Source: Hemiscyllium ocellatum
Taxonomy: Eukaryota
Direction of reading: 5' to 3'
Assembly: GCF_020745735.1 (NCBI RefSeq)
Contig: NW_026867531.1
Span: 248,001 to 312,000 of the forward strand
DNA: 64,000 bases
The notes under the pieces are model-generated. The model was not told the DNA's origin. It did no database searches and saw only the letters and a list, made by a program, of their open reading frames with translations. Positions within the stretch are counted from its first letter, which is position 1. Each line of letters opens with the position of its first letter. The position numbers and the translations under genes are program-made. Positions 35,521 through 48,054 of the stretch are shown here, piece after piece.

Positions 35521-37100
35521 TTCACTCATGGGATGTAAGCTTTGTCGACTGGTGAGCGCTTATTATCCCACCCGAGATGCTTTTGTGAAGACGGTGGTAG
35601 TATGCCTTCTTGAATTGCTGCAGTTGATGTTGCTGGTTCATCCATCATAAGGTCAGAAGTGGGGATGGTCACTGATGATTGTAGAGTGTTTGGAATTGGC
35701 GACTCCTCAGATACTGAATAGTCCATGTTCAAATGCAACAAGGTCTGAACAATTTCCAGAATCAGGCTGACAAGTGATAAGTAATATTTACACTAAACAA
35801 ATGCAGGGCTATAACCATTACCAATAAAGACAATCTGACCATCATCCCTGTTATTCAATTGTATTATCATCACCAAAACCCCAACTATCAACATCCTAGG
35901 CGTTACCATTGACCAGGAACTCAACTGGACTTGTCACACAAACACAGTGGCTATCGGAGCAGATCAGAGATTAGGAATCGTGTGGCAAGTAACTCAGGTT
36001 GTGACACCCAAAGCCTGATCATTATCAATATGGCACAAGTCCAGAGTCGGTTGGAGGGCAACTTGCCTGGATGAGTGCAGCTCCCACAATGCTGAAAAAG
36101 CTTGACACTATCCAGGACAGAACAGCCTGCTTCATTGGCTTTACATCCACTCCCTCTGCCACTTATGCTCAATAGCAGTAGTGTCTACTGTCAACAAGAT
36201 GCACTGCAGAAATTCACCAGAGATCCTCAGACATCACCTTCCAAAATCATGACCACTTCTATCTCAAAGGAGAAGAGCAGCACCATCACCTTCAAGTTTC
36301 CTTCTTAACGTCCACTTAACAGTCTGACTTGGAAATACATTGCCTTTTCTTCATTGTCATTGGGTTAAAATCATGGAATTCCCTTCCTCATGTCAGTGTA
36401 GGTCAACCTACAACAGGTGAACTGCAGCGGTTCAAGAAGGCAACTCACCACCACCTCCTCAACGACAACTAGGGACAGGCATAAAATGCTGGCCAGCCAG
36501 TGATGCCCACATACTACAAATGAATAAAAGGTCCATAAGCTGTTGGTGAATCCACAATGCACTTAGGGAAGAAATTCCAGGGTTTTGATCCAGTGACTGA
36601 ACAAATAGTAATATTTTTCCAATCCTGGATGGCGAGTCGTTTGGAGGGGAACTTGCTGGTGTTGGTGTTCCCATGAATCTGCTGCCCTTGTCATTCTCGA
36701 AGAAAGTGGTTTTACATGATGAATCATGTTAGGCACATATGTATTTGATTGTGATTGTTGGAGGCCAGTCACCTCAGCTCCAGGACGTGTCTTCAGGAGT
36801 TCCTCAGTGTAGTGTCTGAAGCCCAACCATCTTCAGCTGCACCATTAATGATGTTCCCTCGATTATAAGTGCAGACTAAGGATCTTTGGTGAATTTGTGC
36901 AGTTCATGTTGTTACATTGTATCCTGGGTGCCTGGTATGACTTTACCCAGCAAAGAATTTGCCACCCACCCCTCGTATTCCAGTTTTCCTACAGCTCCTT
37001 GATGCCACACACAATTGAACATGGTCTTGATGTCAAGGGCTATCACTTTGGCTTCACCTCCATGTTTGAACCAAGGTTGTAATGAGGTCAGGGACCTGTG
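35520..37100. mobile_element. Fragments of a second LINE family (CR1/L2 superclade) in both orientations
   Basis: Plus ILGVTIDQELNWTCH..VAIGADQRLG and LDTIQDRTA.LI at ~35890-36150; minus RT pieces ~36500-36870. Confidence 0.55.
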
Positions 37101-37589
37101 TGGCCCTAGTGAAACCCAAACTGGGCTTCATTGAGCGGATTATTACTTGAAATTTTCTTGAGAATTTAGAAGGTTAAAGGATGATCTGATTAAGGTCATT
37201 ATGATATTACCAGGAAACGACAGAGTAAATTAAGATAAACTATTTCTACTGATTGGGGATTCTAGAATTAGGGTACATAGTCTGAGAATTAGGGCCTGAC
37301 CACTCAGGAGAGATGTTCAAAAGCACTTCTACATACAAGGTGGGAGATATTTAGAACTTTTTTCTCAAATGGCAGTGCATGTTAGATTAGTTGATTTTCA
37401 ATCTGTGATAGGTAACATTTTGTTATGAAGGGATGTTGACCAAAGGCAGCTTTGGCACTTAGGTGTAGATAGGCTATGGCTTATCACAATTAATACGATA
37501 TTAACAAAATGCAAACTAACAATTTACACTATAAATCTAATGAACTGTCTTGTGCTTTAGCTTAACTCTAATTAACCTTAGGATGCTGA

Positions 37590-37880
37590 CGTCAGCGTGT
37601 ACAAGGGGGCATAACTACAAATTGAGGGTGATAGATTTAAAACAAATGTCAGAGGCAGGTTCTTTACGCAGAGAGTGGTAAGGGTGTAGAATGTCCTACC
37701 TGCTAATGTAGTCAACTCAGCCACATTAGGGATTTAAACAATCCTTCGATAAGCACATGGATGATTTTGGGATAATGGAACGAGCTGAGAATAGTTCACA
37801 GGTCGGTGCAACATCGAGGGGCGAAAAGCCTCTTCTGCGCTGTATTGTTCTATGTTCTATGTTCTCTATGTTCTATAATC
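37590..37880 (+). mobile_element. CR1 3' end with (TTCTATG)n tail
   Basis: aggggcataactacaaattgagg...ttctatgttctatgttctctatgttctat. Confidence 0.8.
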
Positions 37881-38394
37881 TACATGATGATGATCATCTA
37901 GTCATCTTCTCCTGCTGGTTTCAGGCGTGTCTTCACGTGGTTGGTCTCAGGTTACCGCTCCTGAGGATGGTCTTGCAATGATCCTTACACTTTGAGGATT
38001 CTCCCAAAAGGGTATAAAGACTTCAGCATCCACCAATACATTGATCAGGAAGCCATCTCTAAGTAAGGGCTAAGGCACCCCTGCGTATGGTAAACAGCTT
38101 AATTTTTCCAGTTGTCCTGGGGATGGTATTCAGGTAAATTCAACTCAATTGAAATTCAAGTGTATATTGTATTGTCTACAGCTGCTGAGTCAATTGTATA
38201 CTGTCTGTCTGTAGCTGCAGTCTGCCTGGATTCTGCACTTTTGGTTAAAGCTTGTCTCAATTTCCCAGCATGCCTCACTTATTGTCCATTTCTCATAAGT
38301 CCACCATTTTGAGTGGCCTGCCTGGCCACAAGGCCCTTCAGCTCTCCAAGTCTGCGCCAACTCATTTCGCCCTTCTATACTAAAACCGTCCTCA

Positions 38395-40441
38395 CAGAAC
38401 ATAGAACATAGAACAATACAGCACAGAACAGGCCTTTCGGCCCACGATGTTGTGCCGAACATCTATCCTAGATTAAGCACCCATGCATGTACCTATCCAA
38501 TTGCCGCTTAAAGGTCTCCAATGATTCTGACTCTACCACTCCCACGGGCAGCGCATTCCATGCCCCCACCACTCTCTGGATAAAGAACCCACCCCTGACA
38601 TCTCCCCTATACCTTCCACCCTTCACCTTAAATTTATGTCCCCTTGTAACACTCTGTTGTACCCGGGGAAAAAGTTTCTGACTGTCTACTCTGTCTATTC
38701 CTCTGATCATCTTATAAACCTCTATCAAGTCACCCCTCATCCTTCGCCGTTCCAACGAGAAAAGGCCGAGAACTCTCAACCTATCCTCGTACGACCTATT
38801 CTCCATTCCAGGCAACATCCTGGTAAATCTTCTCTGCACCCTCTCCAAAGCTTCCACATCTTTCCTAAAGTGAGGCGACCAGAACTGCACACAGTACTCC
38901 AAATGTGGCCGAACCAAAGTCCTGTACAGCTGCAACATCACTTCACGACTCTTGAATTCAATCCTTCTGCTAATGAACGCTAATACACCATAGGCCTTCT
39001 TACAAGCTCTATCCACCTGAGTGGCAACTTTCAAAGATCTATGTACATAGACCCCAAGATCCCTCTGTTCCTCCACCTGACTAAAAACCCTACCGTTAAC
39101 CCTGTATTCCGCATTCTTATTTGTTCTTCCAAAATGGACAACCTCACACTTGGCAGGGTTGAACTCCATCTGCCACTCCTCAGCCCAGCTCTGCATCATA
39201 TCTAAGTCCCTTTGCAGCCGACAACAGCCCTCCTCACTGTCCACAACTCCACCAATCTTCGTATCATCTGCAAATTTACTGACCCACCCTTCAACTCCCT
39301 CATCCAAGTCATTAATAAAAATTACAAACAGCAGAGGACCCAGAACTGATCCCTGCGGAACTCCACTTGTAACTGGGCTCCAGGCTGAATATTTACCATC
39401 TACCACCACTCTCTGACTTCGACCAGGTTAGCCAGTTTTCTATCCAATTGGCCAAATTTCCCTCTATCCCATGCCTCCTGACTTTCCGCATAAGCCTATC
39501 ATGGGGAACCTTATCAAATGCCTTACTAAAATCCATGTACACTACATCCACTGCTCTACCCTCATCCACATGCTTGGTCACCTCAAGGAATTCAATAAGA
39601 CTTGTAAGGCAAGACCTACCCTTCACAAATCCGTGCTGGTTGTCCCTAATCAAGCAGTGTCTTTCCAGATACTTTTTTGAACAGGGGCACAACATTCGCT
39701 ACTCTCCAGTCCCCTGGTACCACCCCTGTTGACAGTGAAGATCATTGCCAACGGTACTGCAATTTCCTCTCTTGCTTCCCACATAATCCTAGGATGTATC
39801 CCGTCAGGCCCGGGGGACTTGTCTATCCTCAAGTTGTTCAAAACGTCCAACACATCTTCCTTCCTAACAAGTATCTCTTCTAGCTTACCAGTCCGTTTCA
39901 CACTCTCCTCTTCAACAATACGGTCCCTCTCGTTCATAAATACTGAAGAAAAGTACTCATTCAAGACCTCTCCTATCTCTTCCGACTCAATACACAATCT
40001 CCCACTACTGTCCTTGATCGGACCTACCCTCATTCTCGTCATTCTCATGTTTCTCACATACGCATAAAATGCCTTGGGGTTATCCTTGATCCTATCCGCC
40101 AAGGATTTTTCATGCCCTCTCTTAGCTCTCCTAATCCCTTTCTTCAGGTCCCTTCTGGCTATCCTGTATCCATCCACTGCTCTGTCTGAACCCTGTTTCC
40201 TCAACCTTATGTAAGCCTCCTTCTTCCTCTTTACTAGACATTCAACCTCCCTCGTCAACCAAGGCTCCCTCACACGACCATTTCTTTCCTGCCTGATAGG
40301 TACATACATATCAAGGACACGTCGTATCTGCTCCTTGAAAAAGTTCCACATTTCCACCACATCCTTCCCTGACAGCCTATGCTCCCAACTTATGTTCCTC
40401 AAATCCTGTCTTACAGCATCGTAATTTCCCTTCCCCCAATT
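38395..40441 (-). mobile_element. Relatively young 5'-truncated CR1 LINE with internal deletion
   Basis: Uninterrupted 313-aa ORF 38468-39409 (GVPQGSVLGPLLFVIFINDL, FADDTK) and 312-aa ORF 39650-40588; (CATAGAA)n tail at ~38395-38412; the YRPVSLTS segment is missing at ~39673. Confidence 0.93.
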
Positions 40442-40471
40442 GCATTCCCCCACAGGATCCATATCCCTCGA

Positions 40472-41220
40472 CAGTGGAACCTCGATTATCCAAAGTCCTT
40501 GGGCGAGCAGGTTTTCATTCAGGTAATTGATCATTCGGTAAATTGATTTGACGTTAAACAATTGAAGCTGCATCGCCCATAATTGCATTAAAAAGCATGC
40601 TAACAGTGTGTTTATTTCATTTGATCACTAAAATCTTCACAAACACTGCATATTGCTTAAAAATTCATGACATTTTACAACTCAGATCACATTTTATGTA
40701 CTTGTGCAATTAAAAAAAATCATTGAGGTGGAGGTTATTTATTATTTCCAAAGAAATTATCCAGCGGCTGTTGTTTGAGGAAGTGCTGTCTCTTTTTTGT
40801 TTCCAAACAATAACATGTGACGAAGATGCATCAGTTTAACAGCATCAACTTCATCTTGTGTTTCATACCACTCCATGAAAAGTCGCAAACTGTCAATAGC
40901 TTCATTAACTGGAGGTGATGCCGGTATCAGAATTTCCTTACTATCCACACCATTCATACAGTCCTGCTGTTCCTCTGTGACTACGTTGACTATTTGATCA
41001 TTGGAGAATGTCTCTGTTTCAATTTCATTGTCAGAGTTCACCCAAGCATCAATCTCTGTCTCTGCAAAGTCTCCTAAACCCAGGTGTCTGCAGTTTTCAG
41101 TGATTTCAGTGGTTATGCTTTGTTCTGAACGGGTGTCCACTTCACTGGCACAGCTCCCAATACACAAGCTATTGTACCAACAGTCTGCAATTGTTGATGG
41201 CTTGATGTGGTCCCATCAAT
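40472..41220 (-). mobile_element. Tigger/pogo-type DNA transposon 3' fragment
   Basis: TIR-like cagtggaacctcgattatcc at 40472-40491; minus ORF 40757-41167 ends EAIDSLRLFMEWYETQDEVDAVKLMHLRHML, resembling Tigger/jerky transposase C-termini (recalled similarity). Confidence 0.65.
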
Positions 41221-41356
41221 ACTCTCCTGATGTTCTCTCTCTCTCCTCTCTTCTGAACCTTGCTCTTTTGTCTTTTAGTTAGAGGAGGAAGGGGGCTGAC
41301 CATTCCTTAACACCAGGTTGGTCCACGATGCTCTGCAAAGTCCACTCCCAAAATAG

Positions 41357-41560
41357 TTTTTTTAATTTCAAAAATAAATTTATTCATAAGAAATCTCATA
41401 ATGTCTTTATAAATACATTGGCACAAGTGCGGTTCAGTTCTATACAGTTGCATATCAAATAAGCAAACAAAACATTGGACTTTGACCTGTCCAAATACCC
41501 AAAGACTTCTCTTATATATGCAATACTAATAGTTACATAAATGAGGCAGTTTCTCAAATA
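41357..41560 (-). mobile_element. Second L1/Tx1-type 3' end (UTR and poly(A))
   Basis: ttttttaatttcaaaaataaatttattcataa matches the Tx1 tail ttttttatttcaaaaatatactttattcataa at 11024-11055. Confidence 0.55.
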
Positions 41561-41825
41561 TATCTACCTATTAGTATTTGCACACAAGAGTGGATTTTGC
41601 TTCCGTTTTTTGGCAGAATCCAAGTCCAATGTTTTGTTTGTTTATTTGATGTGACACCGTACAGTCCACTTCCAGAATGCAAATGAGAAATGTCTCAGCT
41701 CCTCCAGTTAGATGCACTTCCTCCTGCTGGTCACCTGGGGTGGTCTTCCACGATGCTCTCCACATCCATGCTGATTGTGAAGTCCACTCTCAGAATGCAA
41801 ATAAGTGATGTCTCCACACCTTTAG

Positions 41826-44410
41826 ATTGAACATAGAACATTATGGTGCAGTACAGGCCCTTCGGCCCTTGATGTTGCACTGACCTGTGGAACTAATCTG
41901 AAGTCCATCTATCCTGCACTATTCCATTTTCATCCAGATGGTTATCCAATGCCCATTCTAATGCCCTAAAGGTTGGCAAGTCTACTCCTATTGCAAGCAG
42001 TGTGTTCTACGCCCCTACTCCTCTCTGAGTAAAGAAACTATCTCAGACATCTGTCCTATATCTATCACCCCCAATTTAAAGCTATTTCCCCTTGTGCCAG
42101 CCATCACTATCTGAGAAGAAAAACTCTCACTGTACACTCTATCTAACCCTCTGATTATCTTGTATGTCTCAATTAAGTCACCTCTCAACCTTCTCTCTAA
42201 TGAAAACAGCTCAAGTACTTCAGCCTTTCCTCTTAAGACCTTCCCTCCATAACAAGCAACATCCTAGCAAAGTTTCTCTGCATCCTTTCCAAAATTTCCA
42301 CATCCTTCCTATAATGCGGTGACCAGAACTGTAAGTAATACTCGAAGAGCAGCCGCACTAGAGTTTTGTACCACTGCAGCACAACCTCATGACTCTGAAA
42401 CTCCATCCCTCTACCAATTAAAGCTAACACACTGAGTGCCAACTTAACAACCCTATCAACCTGGGTGCCAACTTTCAGGGATCCATGTACATGGACACCG
42501 AGATCTATCTGCTCAGCTACACTACCTAGAATCTTACCATTAGCCCAGTACTCTGTTTTCCTGTTGTTCCTTCCAAAGTGAATCACCTCACGTTTTTGCA
42601 TTAAGCTCAATATGCCACCTCAGCCCAGCTCTGCAGCTTACGTATGTCCCTCTGTAACCTGCAACATCCTTTGGCACTGTCCACAACCCCATTGACCTTA
42701 GTGTCATCCATAAATTTACTAACCTATCCTTCTACACCTTCATCTAGGTCATTTATAAAAGTGACAAACAGCAGTGGCGGCAAAACAGATCCTTGCGTTA
42801 CACCACTGGTAATTGAACTCCAGGATGAACCTTTCCCATCAACCAACACTTTTCAGCTAGTCAATTTTCAGTCTTTCAGCTAGCCAACTTCTGATACAAA
42901 CCATTAAATTTCCCTCGATTCCGTGCCTCGCTATTTTCTGCAATAGCATACCATGAGGATCTGTATCAAACGCCTTACTGAAAACCACATCAACCACCTT
43001 ACCCTGATCCACCTGTTTGGTCACCATCTTAAAGCACTCAAGAAGATTTGTGAGGCACAATCTCCCCTTCACAAAACCGTGTTGTCTACCCCTAATCAAC
43101 TTATTCCTCTCTAGGTAATTATAAATCCTTTCTCTTATGACTTTTTCGGACACTTTACCCACAACTGAAGTAAGGCTCACTGATCTATAATTACCGGGGT
43201 TGACTCTATTCCCCTTCTTGAACAAGAGGGAGTTGTCCTCCAGTCTTCTGGCACTATTCCTGTAGACAATGACAACACAAAGATCAAAACCAAAGGCTCT
43301 GCAATCTCCTCTCTGCCTTCCCAGAGAATCCTGGAATAAATCCCATCCGACCGAGGTGACTCATCTATTTTCACACTTTCCAAAATTGCTCACACCTCCT
43401 CTTTGTGAACTGAATTCCATCTAGTAGCCTGTTTCTCAGTATTCTCCTCGACAATATTGTCTTTTTCCAGTGTGAATACTGATGAAAGATATTCATTTAG
43501 CAATTCCCCTACCTCTTCAAACTCCACCCACAACTTCCAACTCCGGTTCTTGATTGGCCTTAATCTTTCTCCAGTCATTCTTTTATTCCTGATATACCCA
43601 TAGAACGCTTTAGAGGACACTGGTGGTTCTTAGCCTTCTCTTTAGGTCTTTTCTGGCTGACTTGTAAATCTAAAGTGCCCTAAAGTGTCTCATCCTAATA
43701 GAAGCCTTTTTCTTCTTCTTGACAAGAGATTCAAACTTTTTAGAAAACTATAGCTCTATCGCTCGACAATTTCCTCCCTGCCTGACAGGCACATGCTTAT
43801 CAAGGACGCACAGTAGCTGTTCCTTGATAAAGCTTCACATTTCAACTGTGCCCAACCCCTGCAGTTTCCTTCCCTATTCTATGCATCCTAAATCTTGCCT
43901 AGTCGCATCATAATTGCCTGTCCTCCAGCAATAACTCTTACACTGCCGCATATACCTATCCCTTTCCATCACTAAAGTAAACATAACTCGAATTGTGGTC
44001 ACTGTCACCAAAGTGCTCACCTACCTCCAAATCTAATACCTGGCTGGGTTCCTTACCCAGTACCAAATCCAATGTGGCCTCGCCCCTTGTTGGCTTGTCT
44101 ACATACTGTGTCAGGAAAACATCCTGTATACATTGGACAAAAACTGACCCATCTAAAGTACTCGAGCTATTGTATTTCCAGTCAATATTTTTAAAGTTAA
44201 AATCCCCCGTAACAATAATCTTGTTACTCTTGCTGCTATCCAGAATTATCTTTGGTATCCTTTCCTCTACATCACTGGAACTATTCGGAGGCCGAGAGAA
44301 AACTCCCAACAGAGTGCTTTCTCCTTTACTGTTGCTTACCTCAGCTCGTGCTACCTCAGTAGTTGAGTCCTCAAATGTCCTTTCTGCCACTATCCTTGAC
44401 TAAGTGCACA
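41826..44410 (-). mobile_element. Long decayed CR1 LINE (endonuclease through 3' tail)
   Basis: GDFNF..PTRGEATLDLVLG..GDSDHN; NYRSVSLTSVVGK..QHGFVKGR; GSVAEQIDLGVHVHGSLKV; tail gattgaacatagaacat. Confidence 0.9.
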
Positions 44411-44439
44411 TCTCTCCCTCTTTTAGCATCTTCACAGTT

Positions 44440-44950
44440 GCATGTGAGTAGTTTTGGACCCAATATTTAAGGAAAGCTATTATTTCATTGGAGGCAGTTC
44501 CAGAACATTGATGTGGGTGATCCCTGATCAAGAGGTAAAGGCTAAACAGGCTGAGAATTTAGAAGAATGCGATATGATCTCATTGCAACATATAGGGTTC
44601 TTAAGGGACTTGACAGGGTAAATGCTGAGAGGATATTATCCCTCACGGGAGAGTCGAGGACCAGAGGGGATGGTCTCATAATGAAGGGTTGACAATTTAA
44701 GACTGAGATGCAGAGGAATTTGTTCCTAGGTTTGAGAGTCTTTGGAACTCCTCATTACATAGAGCTGTGGGAGTAACATCCCTGTCTATATTTAAAGCTG
44801 AGATAAATTCTTGAGCAGTAGGAGAATTGAGGTAATAGGAAAATACAGAAAAGTAAATAGTGTGGAATGTCGTATCAGCAATGATCCTAACGAACGATGG
44901 AGCAGGCTTAATGAGCCAAATGGTCTGTTCCTATTCCTATTTCTTATGGT
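44440..44950 (+). mobile_element. Old LINE 3' fragment
   Basis: Degenerate CR1-type 3' motifs (agaatgcg.tatgatctcattg.aac, atttaagactgagatg.agaggaattt). Confidence 0.55.
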
Positions 44951-47848
44951 TTAGGACCTTGAGCTATAATTAACCTATATCACGTTCTCCTTTCCCACAA
45001 CATCACTCACATTTTCCATTGCTGTGACCTCAGGCACATTAGTCGAAAGTGGATGCAAGTAGAACATCTACAGAAGTCCGTGCCTGGCATTAGGAACCTA
45101 TTGGAAGTAGATTATTCCTATTGGACACTGGCCTATGTTATATCTCAGCAGGGGTCAAGTAGCTGGTGTCATGGAAGTTAAATTGACTCGACTCAAATGC
45201 TAGCAAGAGCATAGACAAAGCTTTATTGTAACCTCTACAGGGGGCTAATAGATTTGGCAAAAATGTCTTATATAAGGGCCCTGAACAAGTTTCACATATT
45301 CTCTTTATACTATTTTTTGCTTATTCTTATCACAAGCTCAAGCACAAGGGTTGGGAACATTCAAGCCTCTTCCTGCCCACCCCCCATTCTTCACTCCCTC
45401 CAAAATCATTGCCATGGGTCTCCAGAGTCTGGTGACATTTGATGAAATATGCCTACATATTTGAAGAAATATGGCTATGGATTAGGACCGGCTCCTGGTC
45501 TCCTTGCCTTGGTCTATCTCCCATACAATGTCGCTATTGAATGCTTTGCACTTTTTATAATTTAAGTTGGCCAGAGGTCATGTGTATCCACGGAGTCAGG
45601 CACATTCCCTAGTAATAGGTATTTGTTTGAATCGAGCTTATAAAGTGTTTTCATGGCAAATTCAATACAGGCAGCATCACATCCACACCGTTTCACTGAT
45701 GTCATCAATTAACAGAAGTCTAAATACTGAGGTGATTACACTGCTCTGGGTCAGAGACCTGTAATTATTCCTGGGTTTATTATGGTCAGATCTTTCAGTA
45801 AACTGCGAATGGATGAAGGAGCAGGAAAGGAAAAGGAATAAAATTCTCTTTTCAACAAAACAGCCAATACTGACTAATATGACATGAACCTTCAGTAAAT
45901 TTGAATAATGAGAAATTACTATGTTCGGATTCTGATCAAACATTGAGTTACAAATTGTGCTTGTAAGGGTTAAATTAGCAATAGTGTATAAAGACCTTGA
46001 GTTTCTTGTTCCGAGATAAGGAAGTTAAACTTGAATCCTTGCATTTGGGATATTTCCCCTCTGTCCCAGTGCAGACAAGTCTTTATTTGACCTATTTACT
46101 CCCCACCCACCAGCTCCTGCCCTCACAGCCAAAACTCTCGATGTTGATAAGAAGTGCCAAATATTAACTTTGTGATCATGCACATATTTAAAATGATTTA
46201 ACTGATATTTTATGACCAGTTGCGGCTGTGAAAATGTTGACACCTCACACTGTGAATTAAGTGGAAATCTAAGTTTGTCAGAAACTAAAGGGAACACATT
46301 GGCAAGTAAGTTTGGTCTAATATCAGATTAAATCTGCTATATTAGGGATCCAATAATGAGAAAGGGAAGTGCTGGCAGTTGTTGTCAGATTATGTCAGGA
46401 TTGCCTCACGAAGGCATCCCACAGCAGCGTGGTGAACACAAACACAGATGAGAACAATTACAGAAAACAACTGCTTGACTGGTTCAGAAATGCTTGGCTT
46501 ATTTTGAGAGACCAATCTTAAATCAGCATAAAACATCCAAAGTTTTTCAATGGTCCGTTGAATTTTGCCTGTTTTTCAGTATAAAGGTATTGCATAGCCC
46601 AGAAATGGCTTTAAACAAGGATGACGTACTGTGACATACTGAAGAAATGGTTTTCTCTTTCTTTCGCTCTGTGCTGTCTCTTCCATACCCCAACCCCTGC
46701 ATTCCCTCATTGTGGTGTACTGTAGACATCCTGTGGAAGTCAAAAGAATCCCATACCAACACGACCAAGATGGTTCATGAGGCATCTTGAAAACAAATAA
46801 AATCCCAGCAGCATTTTTTAGATCATAGGACAGCATTGTCAACACACTCCAGGGGGATGGGTGGTGAAGACAGCAATAACTAGTTACATTAGCAAGATTA
46901 CAAGACTGGGATACAAGGTGTACTGCTTTGTCATTACCCCCTCATTAACTTCACCATTGCAAGGCTAAAATCAGGAGCATTGGAATCCTCACTGCTCACC
47001 TGGTGATTTGTTTAATTGCAACAATAGTCAAGAAGCTCAATATGATCAAAGAGAGAGCAGTTTGATTGACTGGCAAAAGAACTAACGTACCTAATTTCCA
47101 CTCCCTTCACCATCACTGAGCTACGATGTTGGGCTACCTAGCACTTACACTCGACGGAATGAACTGCAGCAACTCATTAGACTTACACTGAAAGGACCTT
47201 TCCTGTCTATAATCTCTATTTCTGAACAGAACAATAATCAGCTAAAGGTCTGTTCCACCTGATTCTGACTTTGCATGGATATCTCTGTTCTTTTATTATC
47301 ACTATGGCAAAATAATGCGATTTATTAAAATTGCAGTCATTGACTAACTTAGGAAAACTAGTCGACCAGACTTGGAATATTGAATCTCAAGTCTGTGATT
47401 TCTTTTTTGTTAAATTGCTTTAGACTTAATTCTGAATAAGTTTACTGATGTTAAATGAGTTAATTTGTGCTCTTTGATGAATTGCAGTTCTGGAAACATT
47501 GTCAGTGCAAACAGTGAGGAAAATGGGAATGCAGGTTCTCCTGGATCAAGTGAAGTAATTACAAAGTAAGCTTAGTTGCATGCATGACTAAGTTAGTCAT
47601 TATATCAGGATATGACAAACCATTAGGAAATAACTGGTGAGCTGGTAGTTTATGCAATGTTATACAACGATCAATGGTAACAACTCGGAGGCAATGATTT
47701 GATCAGCTCTCAAAGAGGAACTTACCTATGTTCACTCCCAAGTCCTTTTACTATGTGATACTGCAAAACCTCTCCTTATGAAAATTGTAGATTCCTTTTG
47801 AAGACCTCAGTTGAAGCTGCCTCCACCACTAAACTATCAGGCAGAACA

Positions 47849-48054
47849 GTAAAAAGTGAGGTCTGCAGATGCTGGAGATCACAGCTGCAAATGTGTTGCT
47901 GGTCAAAGCACAGCAGGCCAGGCAGCATCTCAGGAATAGAGAATTCGACGTTTCGAGCATAAGCCCTTCAAGGGCCTATGCTCGAAACGTCGAATTCTCT
48001 ATTCCCTGAGATGCTGCCTGGCCTGCTGTGCTTTGACCAGCAACACATTTGCAG
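47849..48054. mobile_element. Short palindromic PLE (family 1) insertion with perfect 15-bp TSD
   Basis: TSD ctatcaggcagaaca at 47834-47848 and 48055-48069; ~85-bp arms 47883-47967 and 47971-48056 differ by one substitution and one 1-bp indel; 3-nt loop. Confidence 0.92.

Noticed and set aside
38390-40455. TSD for the young CR1 copy
   Set aside because: Only a 5-7 bp cacag-type match at uncertain boundaries; not distinguishable from chance
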